DNA of 64,000 bases from the IMG/VR virus record IMGVR_UViG_3300042914_002215; one strand, written 5' to 3'. The translations under genes were made by a program, and so were the position numbers. Positions 10,561 to 19,420 of the stretch are shown in pieces (position 1 is the stretch's first letter; every line of letters starts with the position of its first letter). The notes beneath the pieces were generated by a model. That model searched no databases, was not told the origin of the DNA, and worked only from the letters and a program-made list of their open reading frames with translations. Source of the DNA: a virus.

Positions 10561-10597
10561 AGGGAGTGTTGACACACTCCCTTTTTTTGTCTATAAT
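10561..10597 (+). terminator. Intrinsic terminator fused with a sigma70 promoter
   Basis: AGGGAGTGT-TGAC-ACACTCCCT plus T-tract; TTGACA(10569)-N17-TATAAT(10592). Confidence 0.85.
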
Positions 10598-10606
10598 GTA
10601 ACGTAT

Positions 10607-10649
10607 GTAGAGAAAAGTCGCCTCTACTATTTGATCATTTGGTGCGACT
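10607..10649 (+). promoter_or_regulatory. Putative H-type RNA pseudoknot in the 5' UTR
   Basis: S1 GTAGAG(10607-12)/CTCTAC(10622-27); S2 AGTCGC(10616-21)/GCGACT(10644-49). Confidence 0.55.
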
Positions 10650-10671
10650 AATTTTTTATGGAGTAAATTGA

Positions 10672-10935
10672 ATGTCTGCTAAACAGAAAATCCTCAACTA
10701 TCTTTCTAAAGATTCTGGCTACAACACATTGACTGCTGCTCAGATTCGTTCACGTTTCGGTATTACAAATGTTGGTGCACGTATTGAAGAACTACGTGCT
10801 GAAGGTCACTGCATCTATACTAACAAGAAAACCCTAAACGACGGTCGTACAATCACTGTCTATCGTCTAGGTAAACCTAGCAAGGCAATGGTAGCAGCAG
10901 CACACGCTTTGCTTGGCGGACAAGCATTTGCCTAA
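10672..10935 (+). CDS. Small winged-HTH DNA-binding protein
   Basis: KQKILNYL…LTAAQI…RFGI…ARIEELRAEGHCI pattern; GGAG RBS. Confidence 0.7.
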   Translation: MSAKQKILNYLSKDSGYNTLTAAQIRSRFGITNVGARIEELRAEGHCIYTNKKTLNDGRTITVYRLGKPSKAMVAAAHALLGGQAFA

Positions 10936-10953
10936 AAAAGGCTAAAAATCAGC

Positions 10954-10996
10954 AGAGTGAAAGCATATATATTTGTATGTGTTTTCACTCTTTTTT
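10954..10996 (+). terminator. Intrinsic terminator
   Basis: AGAGTGAAAGCATATA…TGTATGTGTTTTCACTCT hairpin followed by a T-run. Confidence 0.7.
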
Positions 10997-11007
10997 ATGG
11001 ATAGATT

Positions 11008-11823
11008 ATGCAACTACAAGTTAACCTTGAACAACTAAGAAAAAATAAACTGTTCGTTGCTACACCAATGTATGGTGGCATGAACCACGGTTTGTACATG
11101 AAGTCATGTCTTGACTTGCAAACCATCATGATACGTTATGGTATCGAAACAAAATTCTCCTTTCTCTTCAACGAATCCCTAATCACACGTGCTCGTAATT
11201 ATCTGGTAGATGAATTTCTGCGTACAGATTTTACACACATGATGTTCATTGACTCCGATATTCATTTTGATCCAAATGATATTATTGCATTGATGGCACT
11301 TGATAAAGATGTTATCGGTGGTCCTTATCCTAAGAAGTCAATCAATTGGGGTAACATTGCTGAGACAGCACGTAAACATCCTGATTTGAATCCAAAAGAA
11401 CTTGAGAATCTTGTTGGTGAATATGTGTTCAACGTAGTAAAAGGCACACAACAATTCCAAGTATCAGAACCTCTAGAAGTTATGGAGATTGGTACAGGTC
11501 ACATGATGATCAAACGTGGAGTGTTTGATAAGATGAAAGAGGCGTATCCTTTCATTCGTTATAAGCCTGATCATATTGGTCAAGCACACTTTGACGGTTC
11601 ACGTTACATTCACGCATACTTTGATACTGTAATTGATACTACTGATTCATGTGTGGGTGGTGGTTCTGATCGTTATCTGTCAGAGGATTACATGTTCTGT
11701 CAGATGTGGCGCAAGATAGGTGGTCAAGTTTATCTGTGCCCATGGATGAAAACTCAACACATTGGTACATACGCATTTACTGGCAACATGCCCGCTGTTG
11801 CTCAGTATACTGGTAGACTTTGA
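11008..11823 (+). CDS. GT-A fold glycosyltransferase-like protein
   Basis: VATPMYGG, ESLITRARN, FIDSDI (DxD), GTGHMMIKR and LSEDYMFC motifs. Confidence 0.7.
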   Translation: MQLQVNLEQLRKNKLFVATPMYGGMNHGLYMKSCLDLQTIMIRYGIETKFSFLFNESLITRARNYLVDEFLRTDFTHMMFIDSDIHFDPNDIIALMALDKDVIGGPYPKKSINWGNIAETARKHPDLNPKELENLVGEYVFNVVKGTQQFQVSEPLEVMEIGTGHMMIKRGVFDKMKEAYPFIRYKPDHIGQAHFDGSRYIHAYFDTVIDTTDSCVGGGSDRYLSEDYMFCQMWRKIGGQVYLCPWMKTQHIGTYAFTGNMPAVAQYTGRL

Positions 11824-12089
11824 TTGATTACAAATATAGTGAGGACCGTATTCTTGAAGAAGTAAAAAAATACATCGACAAGACATACGGTCAACACTAT
11901 TCACTAAACAAATTCCAAACTTCAGAATTCATTATAGACTGTGGGCACGGTGAAGGATTCTTTATTGGAAATATTATGAAGTATGCACAGCGTTATGGTA
12001 AAAAGAATGGCTACAATCGTGATGACTTGATGAAAGTCGTTCACTATGCTATAATGGCTTTACATAATCATGACTTGACGAGGAAATAA
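11820..12089 (+). CDS. DUF3310-like (T7 gp1.7/SaV-like) small protein
   Basis: HY…GF-x-IGNIMKYAQRYGKK-x-G…DL-x-K pattern. Confidence 0.65.
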   Translation: MIDYKYSEDRILEEVKKYIDKTYGQHYSLNKFQTSEFIIDCGHGEGFFIGNIMKYAQRYGKKNGYNRDDLMKVVHYAIMALHNHDLTRK

Positions 12090-12092
12090 ATT

Positions 12093-12773
12093 ATGAAACT
12101 ATCTAATGACACAATCACTCTTTTGAAGAACTTTGCTTCAATCAATCAGGGTATTCTTTTCAAGAAAGGTAAGACACTCCGTACCGTATCTGCACAAAAG
12201 ACTGTAATGGCAGAAGCAACTGTCGGTGAAGAGTTTCCTACCGAGTTCGGCGTGTACGACCTCAACAACTTTCTTTCAGTTCTTTCACTACACAAAGAAG
12301 ATCCAGTTCTTGACTTTCAAGATAACAGTGTAATTATTTCTGGACTACAGGGTCGTAGTAAGATCAAGTATCGTTTCTGCATGCCTGGAATGATTGTCAC
12401 TGCATCTGACAAGCCAATCACAATGCCCGACTGCGAAATCTCATTTGAGTTAAAGCAGGAAGATTTTGATTGGGCATTGAAAGCAGCTGGTGTTCTTTCA
12501 TCACCAAATCTTGCAGTCGAATCTGATGGAGAAAAAATCTTTATCACCGCATTTGATCCTACAAATGATGCTGCACACACGGACTCACTTGAAGTTGCTA
12601 AAGGAAATGGCGACACATACAAAATCATTTTCAAACTAGAAAATTTGAAAGTAATTTCTGGTAGTTATGATGTCAAGATTTCTTCTAAAGGTATCTCAAA
12701 CTTCAAACACAAAACACTAAATCTCCAGTATTGGATTGCAACCGAAACTGGTTCAACATATCAAAAGGGATAA
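12093..12773 (+). CDS. gp45: Sliding clamp
   Basis: MKLSNDTITLLKNFASINQGI…FGVYDLNNFL; synteny. Confidence 0.93.
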   Translation: MKLSNDTITLLKNFASINQGILFKKGKTLRTVSAQKTVMAEATVGEEFPTEFGVYDLNNFLSVLSLHKEDPVLDFQDNSVIISGLQGRSKIKYRFCMPGMIVTASDKPITMPDCEISFELKQEDFDWALKAAGVLSSPNLAVESDGEKIFITAFDPTNDAAHTDSLEVAKGNGDTYKIIFKLENLKVISGSYDVKISSKGISNFKHKTLNLQYWIATETGSTYQKG

Positions 12774-12774
12774 T

Positions 12775-12990
12775 ATGGCAAAGTTAGTTCCATTTACAAA
12801 CGCATCACAAGCATTTGATGGCGATTCTATCTTCATCAATGCCGAAATCGTGGCATCAGTATTTGAGATTATTGATCCCGATGAAAATGCAAAACTTCAA
12901 CGATACACAGTCATCTATGGTGTAAACAATGTTGATTGGCGTGTCAAAGAAAGTTTACTTGAAGTTACAGCAGCATTGAACAACGCTTAA
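12775..12990 (+). CDS. Hypothetical protein
   Basis: ORF between gp45 and gp44 with an upstream purine-rich RBS. Confidence 0.6.
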   Translation: MAKLVPFTNASQAFDGDSIFINAEIVASVFEIIDPDENAKLQRYTVIYGVNNVDWRVKESLLEVTAALNNA

Positions 12991-13026
12991 TTTTATTTTA
13001 TATTATGATTTATGTGAAAGGAAACC

Positions 13027-13959
13027 ATGGAACATCTTCTGTGGACAGAAAAGTATCGCCCGCAAACAGTCGAGGACTGTATCTTACCAGAACGCTTGAA
13101 AGCAGTGTTTCAAGAGTATGTGAACCAGAAGCAGATACCAAATCTTCTTCTGGCTGGTGGAGCGGGCGTAGGCAAGACGACAATCGCCAAAGCCATGTGC
13201 AACGAGATCGGTTGCGACTTCATGGTAATCAATGGTTCTGATGAATCGGGTATTGATACATTCAGAGTCAAAATCAAAAACTATGCTTCATCAATGTCAT
13301 TGACTGGTGGCCGTAAGGTCATCATTATTGACGAAGCAGACTATCTAAATCCAAACTCAACTCAGCCAGCACTACGTAATGCAATTGAAGAGTTTGCAAT
13401 AAACTGTTCATTCATTTTTACGTGTAACTACAAAAGCAAGATCATTGATCCACTTCATAGTCGCTGTGCTGTTGTTGAATTCGGCATGAAGAACGGTGAG
13501 AAGCAAAAAATGGCTGCTGCTTTCTTCAAACGCACAACACAGATACTTGATACAGAAAAGGTTGAATACGATGAAAAGGTAATTGCTGAAGTAGTCAAGA
13601 AGCACTTTCCAGATTTCCGTCGTGTCATCAATGAACTGCAACGCTATTCCAAACTCGGCAAGATTGATGTAGGTATTCTTTCTCAGATTGGTGACATTTC
13701 TATCTCACAGATTGTCAAACATCTGAAAGAAAAAGACTTTGCATCCGTTCGCAAGTGGGCAGCCACGACTGATGTTGATAGCACAACATTCTTTCGTAAG
13801 TTGTATGATGCACTGTATGATGTGGTAAAGCCTCAGAGCATACCACAAGCCGTGATCATTCTTGCTGACTATCAGTACAAGCAAGCATTCGTGGCTGATC
13901 AAGAAATCAATCTGGTGGCATGTCTGACACAGATTATGGCTGATGTGGAATTCAAATGA
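13027..13959 (+). CDS. gp44: Clamp loader large subunit
   Basis: LWTEKYRP, GGAGVGKTT, IIDEAD and SRC motifs. Confidence 0.95.
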   Translation: MEHLLWTEKYRPQTVEDCILPERLKAVFQEYVNQKQIPNLLLAGGAGVGKTTIAKAMCNEIGCDFMVINGSDESGIDTFRVKIKNYASSMSLTGGRKVIIIDEADYLNPNSTQPALRNAIEEFAINCSFIFTCNYKSKIIDPLHSRCAVVEFGMKNGEKQKMAAAFFKRTTQILDTEKVEYDEKVIAEVVKKHFPDFRRVINELQRYSKLGKIDVGILSQIGDISISQIVKHLKEKDFASVRKWAATTDVDSTTFFRKLYDALYDVVKPQSIPQAVIILADYQYKQAFVADQEINLVACLTQIMADVEFK

Positions 13960-14543
13960 TACCAATTGAAGAACTTTTTCAAGATGGTCAGTTTAGTGCA
14001 TTCATGAATGAAAAGTCCACTAATGCGTGGAAAGGAACATTGTTTGAAAAATATTATGAAATTTCTAATCATAACAAAGGAATTTTAGGAGAAAAGATAG
14101 CCGCGAAGCACATGAGAAATTTGAATCATGATGTAAGACCTAGAGTGATTGCAGGACAAGATTTTATGATAGACGGATACAAAACAGAAGTTAAATTAAG
14201 TCTTGCACAAAAAGCAATCCAAAATAGATTTGCATTAAATCATATCTCAATGAAAAAAGATTGGGAAAGATTAATTTTTCTTGGAATAAATTATGATTAC
14301 TCAAAGTCTAAAATGGTATTCTTCACAAGAGAAGATTTTATAGACTACATGGAAACCGAAGATTTTCCACTTTTTAGACATCAACAAGGCGGTGAAAAAA
14401 TAAAAAATGATGATTACTTTTTTATGGGAAATTTCAATAAGTTTTTTTTATTAGACTTTGTTTATGATATCTCCGAATGGAGAGACAAGAAAGAAAAAAG
14501 AGATGGAACAATTAAAAAAGGATTGGAACTTTGGTTCAGTTAG
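13956..14543 (+). CDS. Putative PD-(D/E)xK restriction-type endonuclease
   Basis: KG-x-LGE…D-x-MIDGYKTEVKLS pattern; coupled to a DNA methyltransferase gene. Confidence 0.55.
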   Translation: MIPIEELFQDGQFSAFMNEKSTNAWKGTLFEKYYEISNHNKGILGEKIAAKHMRNLNHDVRPRVIAGQDFMIDGYKTEVKLSLAQKAIQNRFALNHISMKKDWERLIFLGINYDYSKSKMVFFTREDFIDYMETEDFPLFRHQQGGEKIKNDDYFFMGNFNKFFLLDFVYDISEWRDKKEKRDGTIKKGLELWFS

Positions 14544-15541
14544 AAAAATATCTTAATGTTAGATTTAGTACAAGAAATTTAACAGATGTGGAATTTCATT
14601 CTATAGTTGATGATCTTGCAGAATCAATTCAATCCGTAGATTATAAAACATATTACTCAGATGATAAGTTGAATAAAGACTGGAATGATTTGAAGAAATG
14701 GAAATCATTTGAAACCAATATCAATTCTACTTCCAGAATTGGAATGAAATTGTGTGAACATTTTTTTCCAAACTTCTATGAAATAGAAGATAATAAAGGA
14801 AGAAGTTTCTCAAATAGTTGGACAAAAGAGAATCTAAAAAAAATTCTTGCTTGGAATAGAAAAAGTCACAGCACACCATATCTTTCTGAATTAAAACGTG
14901 GCATATATTTTTGCTGTGGTCTAACAAAGAGTACGATGTATAGACCACAGATGGCAAAATTGTTATGCATGAATCATAAACCAAATGTTGTTTTAGATCC
15001 TTGTGCAGGTTGGGGTGGCAGAATGATGGGTGTTGTTTCTAGTGGTGCAAAATATATTGCGTTTGAACCTAACACAGAGACATACAACAATCTACAGAGA
15101 TTGGTGCAGTTTCTAAACATTCAAGATCAAGTAACATTAATTTGTGATGATGCACTTAAAATGGATCAATACGACATACCTAAAGTAGATATGGTATTGA
15201 CAAGTCCACCTTACTTTGATGTAGAAGTATATACAAAAGAAAGCACACAGTCTATAACAAACATTACAAATTATGAGACTTGGGTGAATGAGTTTTTAGA
15301 ACCTCTTGTCATCAAAGCAGTTAGTCACTTAAACACTGACGGTGTTAGTTGTTGGAATGTTGGTAAAGTTGCCAATAAAAATATGGCAGATGACATCAAA
15401 CGTATACATGATAAGTTAAACTTTAAAAAGATCAATACATTTTCAGTGGTTAGCAGCAAAAGGCAAGCATTACAAAACGAATCTAAAAATCAAAAGAACT
15501 TTGATAATACGGAAGTATTTAAAAATGAGCAATCCATTTGA
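14531..15541 (+). CDS. Amino-DNA methyltransferase (N4-C/N6-A)
   Basis: VLDPCAGWGGR SAM motif I and TSPPYF catalytic motif IV. Confidence 0.85.
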   Translation: MVQLEKYLNVRFSTRNLTDVEFHSIVDDLAESIQSVDYKTYYSDDKLNKDWNDLKKWKSFETNINSTSRIGMKLCEHFFPNFYEIEDNKGRSFSNSWTKENLKKILAWNRKSHSTPYLSELKRGIYFCCGLTKSTMYRPQMAKLLCMNHKPNVVLDPCAGWGGRMMGVVSSGAKYIAFEPNTETYNNLQRLVQFLNIQDQVTLICDDALKMDQYDIPKVDMVLTSPPYFDVEVYTKESTQSITNITNYETWVNEFLEPLVIKAVSHLNTDGVSCWNVGKVANKNMADDIKRIHDKLNFKKINTFSVVSSKRQALQNESKNQKNFDNTEVFKNEQSI

Positions 15542-15911
15542 CTATGTAAACTCCATTCTACAGACCAAGAAACAACTTATTGTAGATGAAATCACAGAGA
15601 AGGACTATGTTCCTTTTCTGTCTAATCGTGCTCTGTCCCAGCACAAAGATTGTCTGGCCTATGCCAATGAGATGAATAGTAGGCACTACCTGGATAAGAA
15701 GCTACAATTTGACTATTTACTAAATACTGTCAGGTCTATGAAAAGACCATTTGCGAAGTGGGCAAAGGCAGAAAAAAACGATGATTTGGAATGTGTAAAA
15801 TTGGTCTATGGCCTTTCCGACTCCAAAGCACGTGATGCTTTGCGCCTACTAAGCAAAGAACAAATCCAAAAACTAAAAGAACAAACCTTCACGGGTGGGT
15901 TAGGAAAATGA
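15525..15911 (+). CDS. gp62: Clamp loader small subunit
   Basis: PFDYVNSI…YVPFLSNRALS…ANEMN…LQFDYLLN…KWAK; precedes regA. Confidence 0.92.
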   Translation: MSNPFDYVNSILQTKKQLIVDEITEKDYVPFLSNRALSQHKDCLAYANEMNSRHYLDKKLQFDYLLNTVRSMKRPFAKWAKAEKNDDLECVKLVYGLSDSKARDALRLLSKEQIQKLKEQTFTGGLGK

Positions 15912-15912
15912 C

Positions 15913-16317
15913 ATGGTTGATTTATCTAAATTTGTCGAAGTCACCTTGCCTAAACAAGATGACTTTCTAAAAGTACGTGAGACACTAACACGCATTGGTG
16001 TCTCAAGTCGGAAAGAAAAGGTACTCTATCAATCTTGCCATATACTGCATAAGCAAGGCAAGTATTATATTGTACATTTCAAAGAACTGTTTGCACTAGA
16101 CGGTAAGCTATCAACGATTACCGAGAATGATATACAAAGACGTAACGCTATTGCCAATTTATTAGAAGAATGGGGCTTGCTAAAGATTGTAAACTATGAT
16201 ATAGTAGAACATAACATGGCACCAATTCATCAGATTAAGATCATTGCTTTCAAAGAAAAGGATGATTGGGAACTGATTGCTAAATACAATATAGGTAAAA
16301 AAGGTAAAGTAGATTAA
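15913..16317 (+). CDS. regA: Translational repressor RegA
   Basis: DDFLKVRETLTRIG…LYQSCHILHKQGKYYIVHFKELF. Confidence 0.96.
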   Translation: MVDLSKFVEVTLPKQDDFLKVRETLTRIGVSSRKEKVLYQSCHILHKQGKYYIVHFKELFALDGKLSTITENDIQRRNAIANLLEEWGLLKIVNYDIVEHNMAPIHQIKIIAFKEKDDWELIAKYNIGKKGKVD

Positions 16318-16329
16318 TGGTGATATATC

Positions 16330-16512
16330 ATGAGCAAAGTGAAAAAGAATCCAGTGAAACTGATTAACAAGTATACCAAAGAAGAAGTGTATACTCGGGA
16401 TTACGATGATGTGATCAAAGAAGGCTCTAATGAGTTTATCAAAGTGTTTAATCAAAGTAATCCACAAAGAACTTATCTTGTCAATCGGACAGCATTTTCG
16501 ATTGCCAAGTAA
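16330..16512 (+). CDS. Hypothetical protein
   Basis: 60-aa ORF with a GGTG RBS. Confidence 0.6.
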   Translation: MSKVKKNPVKLINKYTKEEVYTRDYDDVIKEGSNEFIKVFNQSNPQRTYLVNRTAFSIAK

Positions 16513-16514
16513 GT

Positions 16515-16570
16515 CGTGATGCCTAATGGATCACGTTGCTTTTAACTTGCTTAAAAAGGAGAAAAAAATG
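16515..16570 (+). promoter_or_regulatory. ROSE-like RNA thermometer in the hsp20 5' UTR
   Basis: 5' hairpin CGTGAT(G)CC-TAAT-GGATCACG, then CTTGCTT-AAA-AAGGAG, in which the UUGCU motif pairs with the SD leaving a bulged G. Confidence 0.6.
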
Positions 16571-17047
16571 ACAGTAGGACGTATTGCTTTTGGACCTTTG
16601 TTCCATCAAACTCTTGGTTTTGAAAAGTTCATTCATGATGTTGAGAGCATTCTGAATGATACTAAACCTGTAACAAACTTTCCTCCACATAACATCATCA
16701 AACTTGATGATAATAAGTATGTGGTTGAACTTGCTGTTGCTGGTTTTGGTAAAGATGAAATTGATATTCAAGTGCAAGAAAATACCTTGACTATCAAAGG
16801 TGAGAAGGCCGAAGGCACACCAAATCTTGAATATCTACATCGTGGTATTGGCACTCGTTCTTTCACTAAAACAATCACTATTGCTGACACCATTGAAGTA
16901 AAAGGTGCAGAATACAAAGATGGTATTCTACGTGTTGGGTTAGAGAATATCGTACCTGAACATAAGAAACCACGCAAGATTGAAATTGGTAATGAACTAA
17001 AAACATTCCAGCCACAACTTTTACAAGAAGAAAAGAAGGCTGCGTAA
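16568..17047 (+). CDS. hsp20: Small heat-shock protein (Hsp20/IbpA family)
   Basis: FPPHNI…ELAVAGF…YLHRGIG-x-RSF…GA-x-YKDGIL…PEHKKPRKIEI; start placed after the AAGGAG RBS. Confidence 0.93.
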   Translation: MTVGRIAFGPLFHQTLGFEKFIHDVESILNDTKPVTNFPPHNIIKLDDNKYVVELAVAGFGKDEIDIQVQENTLTIKGEKAEGTPNLEYLHRGIGTRSFTKTITIADTIEVKGAEYKDGILRVGLENIVPEHKKPRKIEIGNELKTFQPQLLQEEKKAA

Positions 17048-17050
17048 TAG

Positions 17051-17075
17051 AGTGGGGCGCAAGCCCCACTTGTTG
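17051..17075 (+). terminator. GNRA-loop hairpin, probable terminator after hsp20
   Basis: AGTGGGGC-GCAA-GCCCCACT followed by TGTT. Confidence 0.65.
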
Positions 17076-17089
17076 AAAAAAGGTATATA

Positions 17090-17665
17090 ATGGATAAAGA
17101 CTTACGATCATATCTCAAAATCTATTCTGATTGGCTCACACCAGAAGTGTGTGAAGAGACTGTTGATGAACTTGAAAAAATAGAAGGACAGTTTCAGACA
17201 CACGCTTTCTATGACTATCACAATGATAGCCACCATTCTTACAATAATGAATTGTCTGTCACATGGTCAAACGTGAGACACAAAGAATACATCATGAAAA
17301 GAATATGGGAGGGTCTACAAAGATATCATCAAGAACTTACAGCATGGGGTTGCACATGGTATTCTTCATGGCAAGGTTATACAGAAGTTCGTTTTAATCG
17401 TTATCGTGAAGATACAAACATGAAATTACATTGTGATCACATTCATTCAATGTTTGATGGGCAACGAAAAGGCATTCCAACATTGACTGTTCTTGGTGGT
17501 TTAAATAATGGATATGAAGGTGGTGATCTTGTATTTTGGGAAGATACTCATATAACTTTGAAATCCGGTGAGATAATGATATTCCCATCAAATTTTCTTT
17601 ATCCACACAGAGTTGATATGGTGACAAAGGGTACACGATACTCATATGTTTCTTGGACATGGTAA
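17090..17665 (+). CDS. 2OG-Fe(II) oxygenase (prolyl-4-hydroxylase-like)
   Basis: HCD (HxD), YEGGDL, FPSNFLYPH-x-V…G-x-RYS motifs. Confidence 0.88.
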   Translation: MDKDLRSYLKIYSDWLTPEVCEETVDELEKIEGQFQTHAFYDYHNDSHHSYNNELSVTWSNVRHKEYIMKRIWEGLQRYHQELTAWGCTWYSSWQGYTEVRFNRYREDTNMKLHCDHIHSMFDGQRKGIPTLTVLGGLNNGYEGGDLVFWEDTHITLKSGEIMIFPSNFLYPHRVDMVTKGTRYSYVSWTW

Positions 17666-17829
17666 TGAAATCTAATTCAAATTTTAAAATGAATAAAGCA
17701 TTGAAGATATCACTTTCTTCAATGTCGGGTGAGCGTAAGCGTGATTACAAACAAGAGATGATCAAAGCAATCATTGCTCCACGCATCGAATTCAAAAAGA
17801 AAGCAAAAGTAGAGACAACAGATGAATGA
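17665..17829 (+). CDS. Small basic hypothetical protein (54 aa)
   Basis: Open frame overlapping the stop and start of its neighbours (MKSNSNFK…TTDE). Confidence 0.55.
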   Translation: MKSNSNFKMNKALKISLSSMSGERKRDYKQEMIKAIIAPRIEFKKKAKVETTDE

Positions 17830-18637
17830 CATATTGATGGTAAGTCACTTTCACAAGGACTTTCCATTCAATCATGATTCAAGTTGGATGAAAGCCGCTT
17901 TTGCTGGTGGCAGATATCCTTATGGATGGAATCCACCTGGACCCGGCAATTACGTCAACACTACACAGATGCATAGTATTCACGAATACATGCATTACTA
18001 TTCTGGTTGCCATGAGGATGAGTTTCTTCGTGCAATGGGTCAACAAGCATCTGAATATTACCTGTGGAAGTATGGTCAAGCAGACTACATTGGGTGCACC
18101 ACATATCGTCGGTACCTGAAGTTTGATGATGGACTTGAACCGAATGTCATCAAAGCAGGTATGGCACCGACAATTCAAAGTGCAAATTATCTTTCTTCCG
18201 ATCAACAACGAGATGCAGCATTGACATTGTTGCAAACTCATGATATAATAACAAATAGACTGACACCTCTACCATGCTCAGTGATTGATCAATATTTACA
18301 GTCACAGCCGTCAGAGTATATCAATTTATTCTTAGATGGTATTGAACAATTGATGCCAGATTACCGAAGTAAGATGAGCTGGTGGCATGGTAATGAAGCA
18401 AGTTTTGAGACTTGCTATATGATGCGTAAGCAACTGTTCAAGAAGTATGTCAGTGAATTATTTGAACTATTAGAATATGTATGGAAAAATGCAAAAACAG
18501 CATATCCAAGAATGCCGACAACATCAGAACCACTGCCGTGGCGATATCCAGGCTTCTTGGGTGAAAGATTCTTGCCATTCTTTATATACGCAAATGATGT
18601 AAACGTGTTTCGGGTTCCGCTTGTGATTCTGGAGTAA
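17822..18637 (+). CDS. DUF4422-like (glycosyltransferase-associated) protein
   Basis: DYIG-x-x-x-YRRY…F-x-KY-x-x-x-LFELLE…R-x-PGFLGERF motifs. Confidence 0.65.
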   Translation: MNDILMVSHFHKDFPFNHDSSWMKAAFAGGRYPYGWNPPGPGNYVNTTQMHSIHEYMHYYSGCHEDEFLRAMGQQASEYYLWKYGQADYIGCTTYRRYLKFDDGLEPNVIKAGMAPTIQSANYLSSDQQRDAALTLLQTHDIITNRLTPLPCSVIDQYLQSQPSEYINLFLDGIEQLMPDYRSKMSWWHGNEASFETCYMMRKQLFKKYVSELFELLEYVWKNAKTAYPRMPTTSEPLPWRYPGFLGERFLPFFIYANDVNVFRVPLVILE

Positions 18638-18691
18638 CCCGGAACGATTTTTCGACAAAACTCTTATATGCAAGTGAGTGCTTACTTCTAA

Positions 18692-19186
18692 ATGAAAGAG
18701 AAATACGTAAAAGCCCATATGAAAGCAGCCAGCGTTTATGCTGAACTTTCTACCGCACAAAGATTACAGGTAGGATGTGTAATCGTCAAAGACAACACAA
18801 TTATTGGTATCGGTTACAATGGTATGCCATCGGGCTGGAATAATATGTGTGAAGAAGTTGAATTCATTTTCAAAGATGAGTGTCATTACACAAATGAATG
18901 GCTGATAGAAAATGGTTTTACCGAAACCGCACATGGATGGACAAGATTGCGTTCCAAAGCAGAAGTGCTTCATGCTGAATCCAACGCTATTGCAAAAGTT
19001 TCTCGGTCAACAAACTCAAGTGATGGGGCATCAATGTTTATTACCCACGCACCATGCTTAGAATGTGCTAAAATGATATATCAGTCAGGAATCAAGGAGG
19101 TCTATTACAAGCACGATTATAGAAGTAGTGCCGGAATCAACTTTTTGAAACAGTGTGAAGTTAAAGTTAATAAATGTGAGGAGTAA
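18692..19186 (+). CDS. cd: dCMP deaminase
   Basis: GYNGMPSG, HAESNAI and PCLEC motifs. Confidence 0.93.
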   Translation: MKEKYVKAHMKAASVYAELSTAQRLQVGCVIVKDNTIIGIGYNGMPSGWNNMCEEVEFIFKDECHYTNEWLIENGFTETAHGWTRLRSKAEVLHAESNAIAKVSRSTNSSDGASMFITHAPCLECAKMIYQSGIKEVYYKHDYRSSAGINFLKQCEVKVNKCEE

Positions 19187-19189
19187 ATT

Positions 19190-19420
19190 ATGAGCAATAT
19201 TACAAAAGTGGCTAAGCAACTTGCTGAAGCAAATTCCAAACTTCCTAAAGCATACAAGTATGATCTTGTAATGCGTGATTTCGACAATAAAGTCGAACTA
19301 ATCGGTCTTGTTGATGATCCAACATATGACATTGCTGACTTTCGTGGTCGTGAAATGTTGTTTCCTAAAAAATGGGTCACACTTGACGTTTATGAACCAA
19401 CAACAAAGGTAACAGTATGA
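19190..19420 (+). CDS. Hypothetical protein
   Basis: ORF with a GAGGAG RBS. Confidence 0.65.
   Translation: MSNITKVAKQLAEANSKLPKAYKYDLVMRDFDNKVELIGLVDDPTYDIADFRGREMLFPKKWVTLDVYEPTTKVTV

Noticed and set aside
16470-16512. sigma32 heat-shock promoter for hsp20
   Set aside because: Only a partial CTTG match is present, with no CCCCAT-like -10 at the right spacing
17090-17665. 2OG-Fe(II) oxygenase as the TET/JBP partner of the TAGT-like glycosyltransferase
   Set aside because: Its motifs fit the P4H-like phage oxygenases (and 61983 fits TIGR02466), not TET/JBP, and neither is linked to the GT cassette
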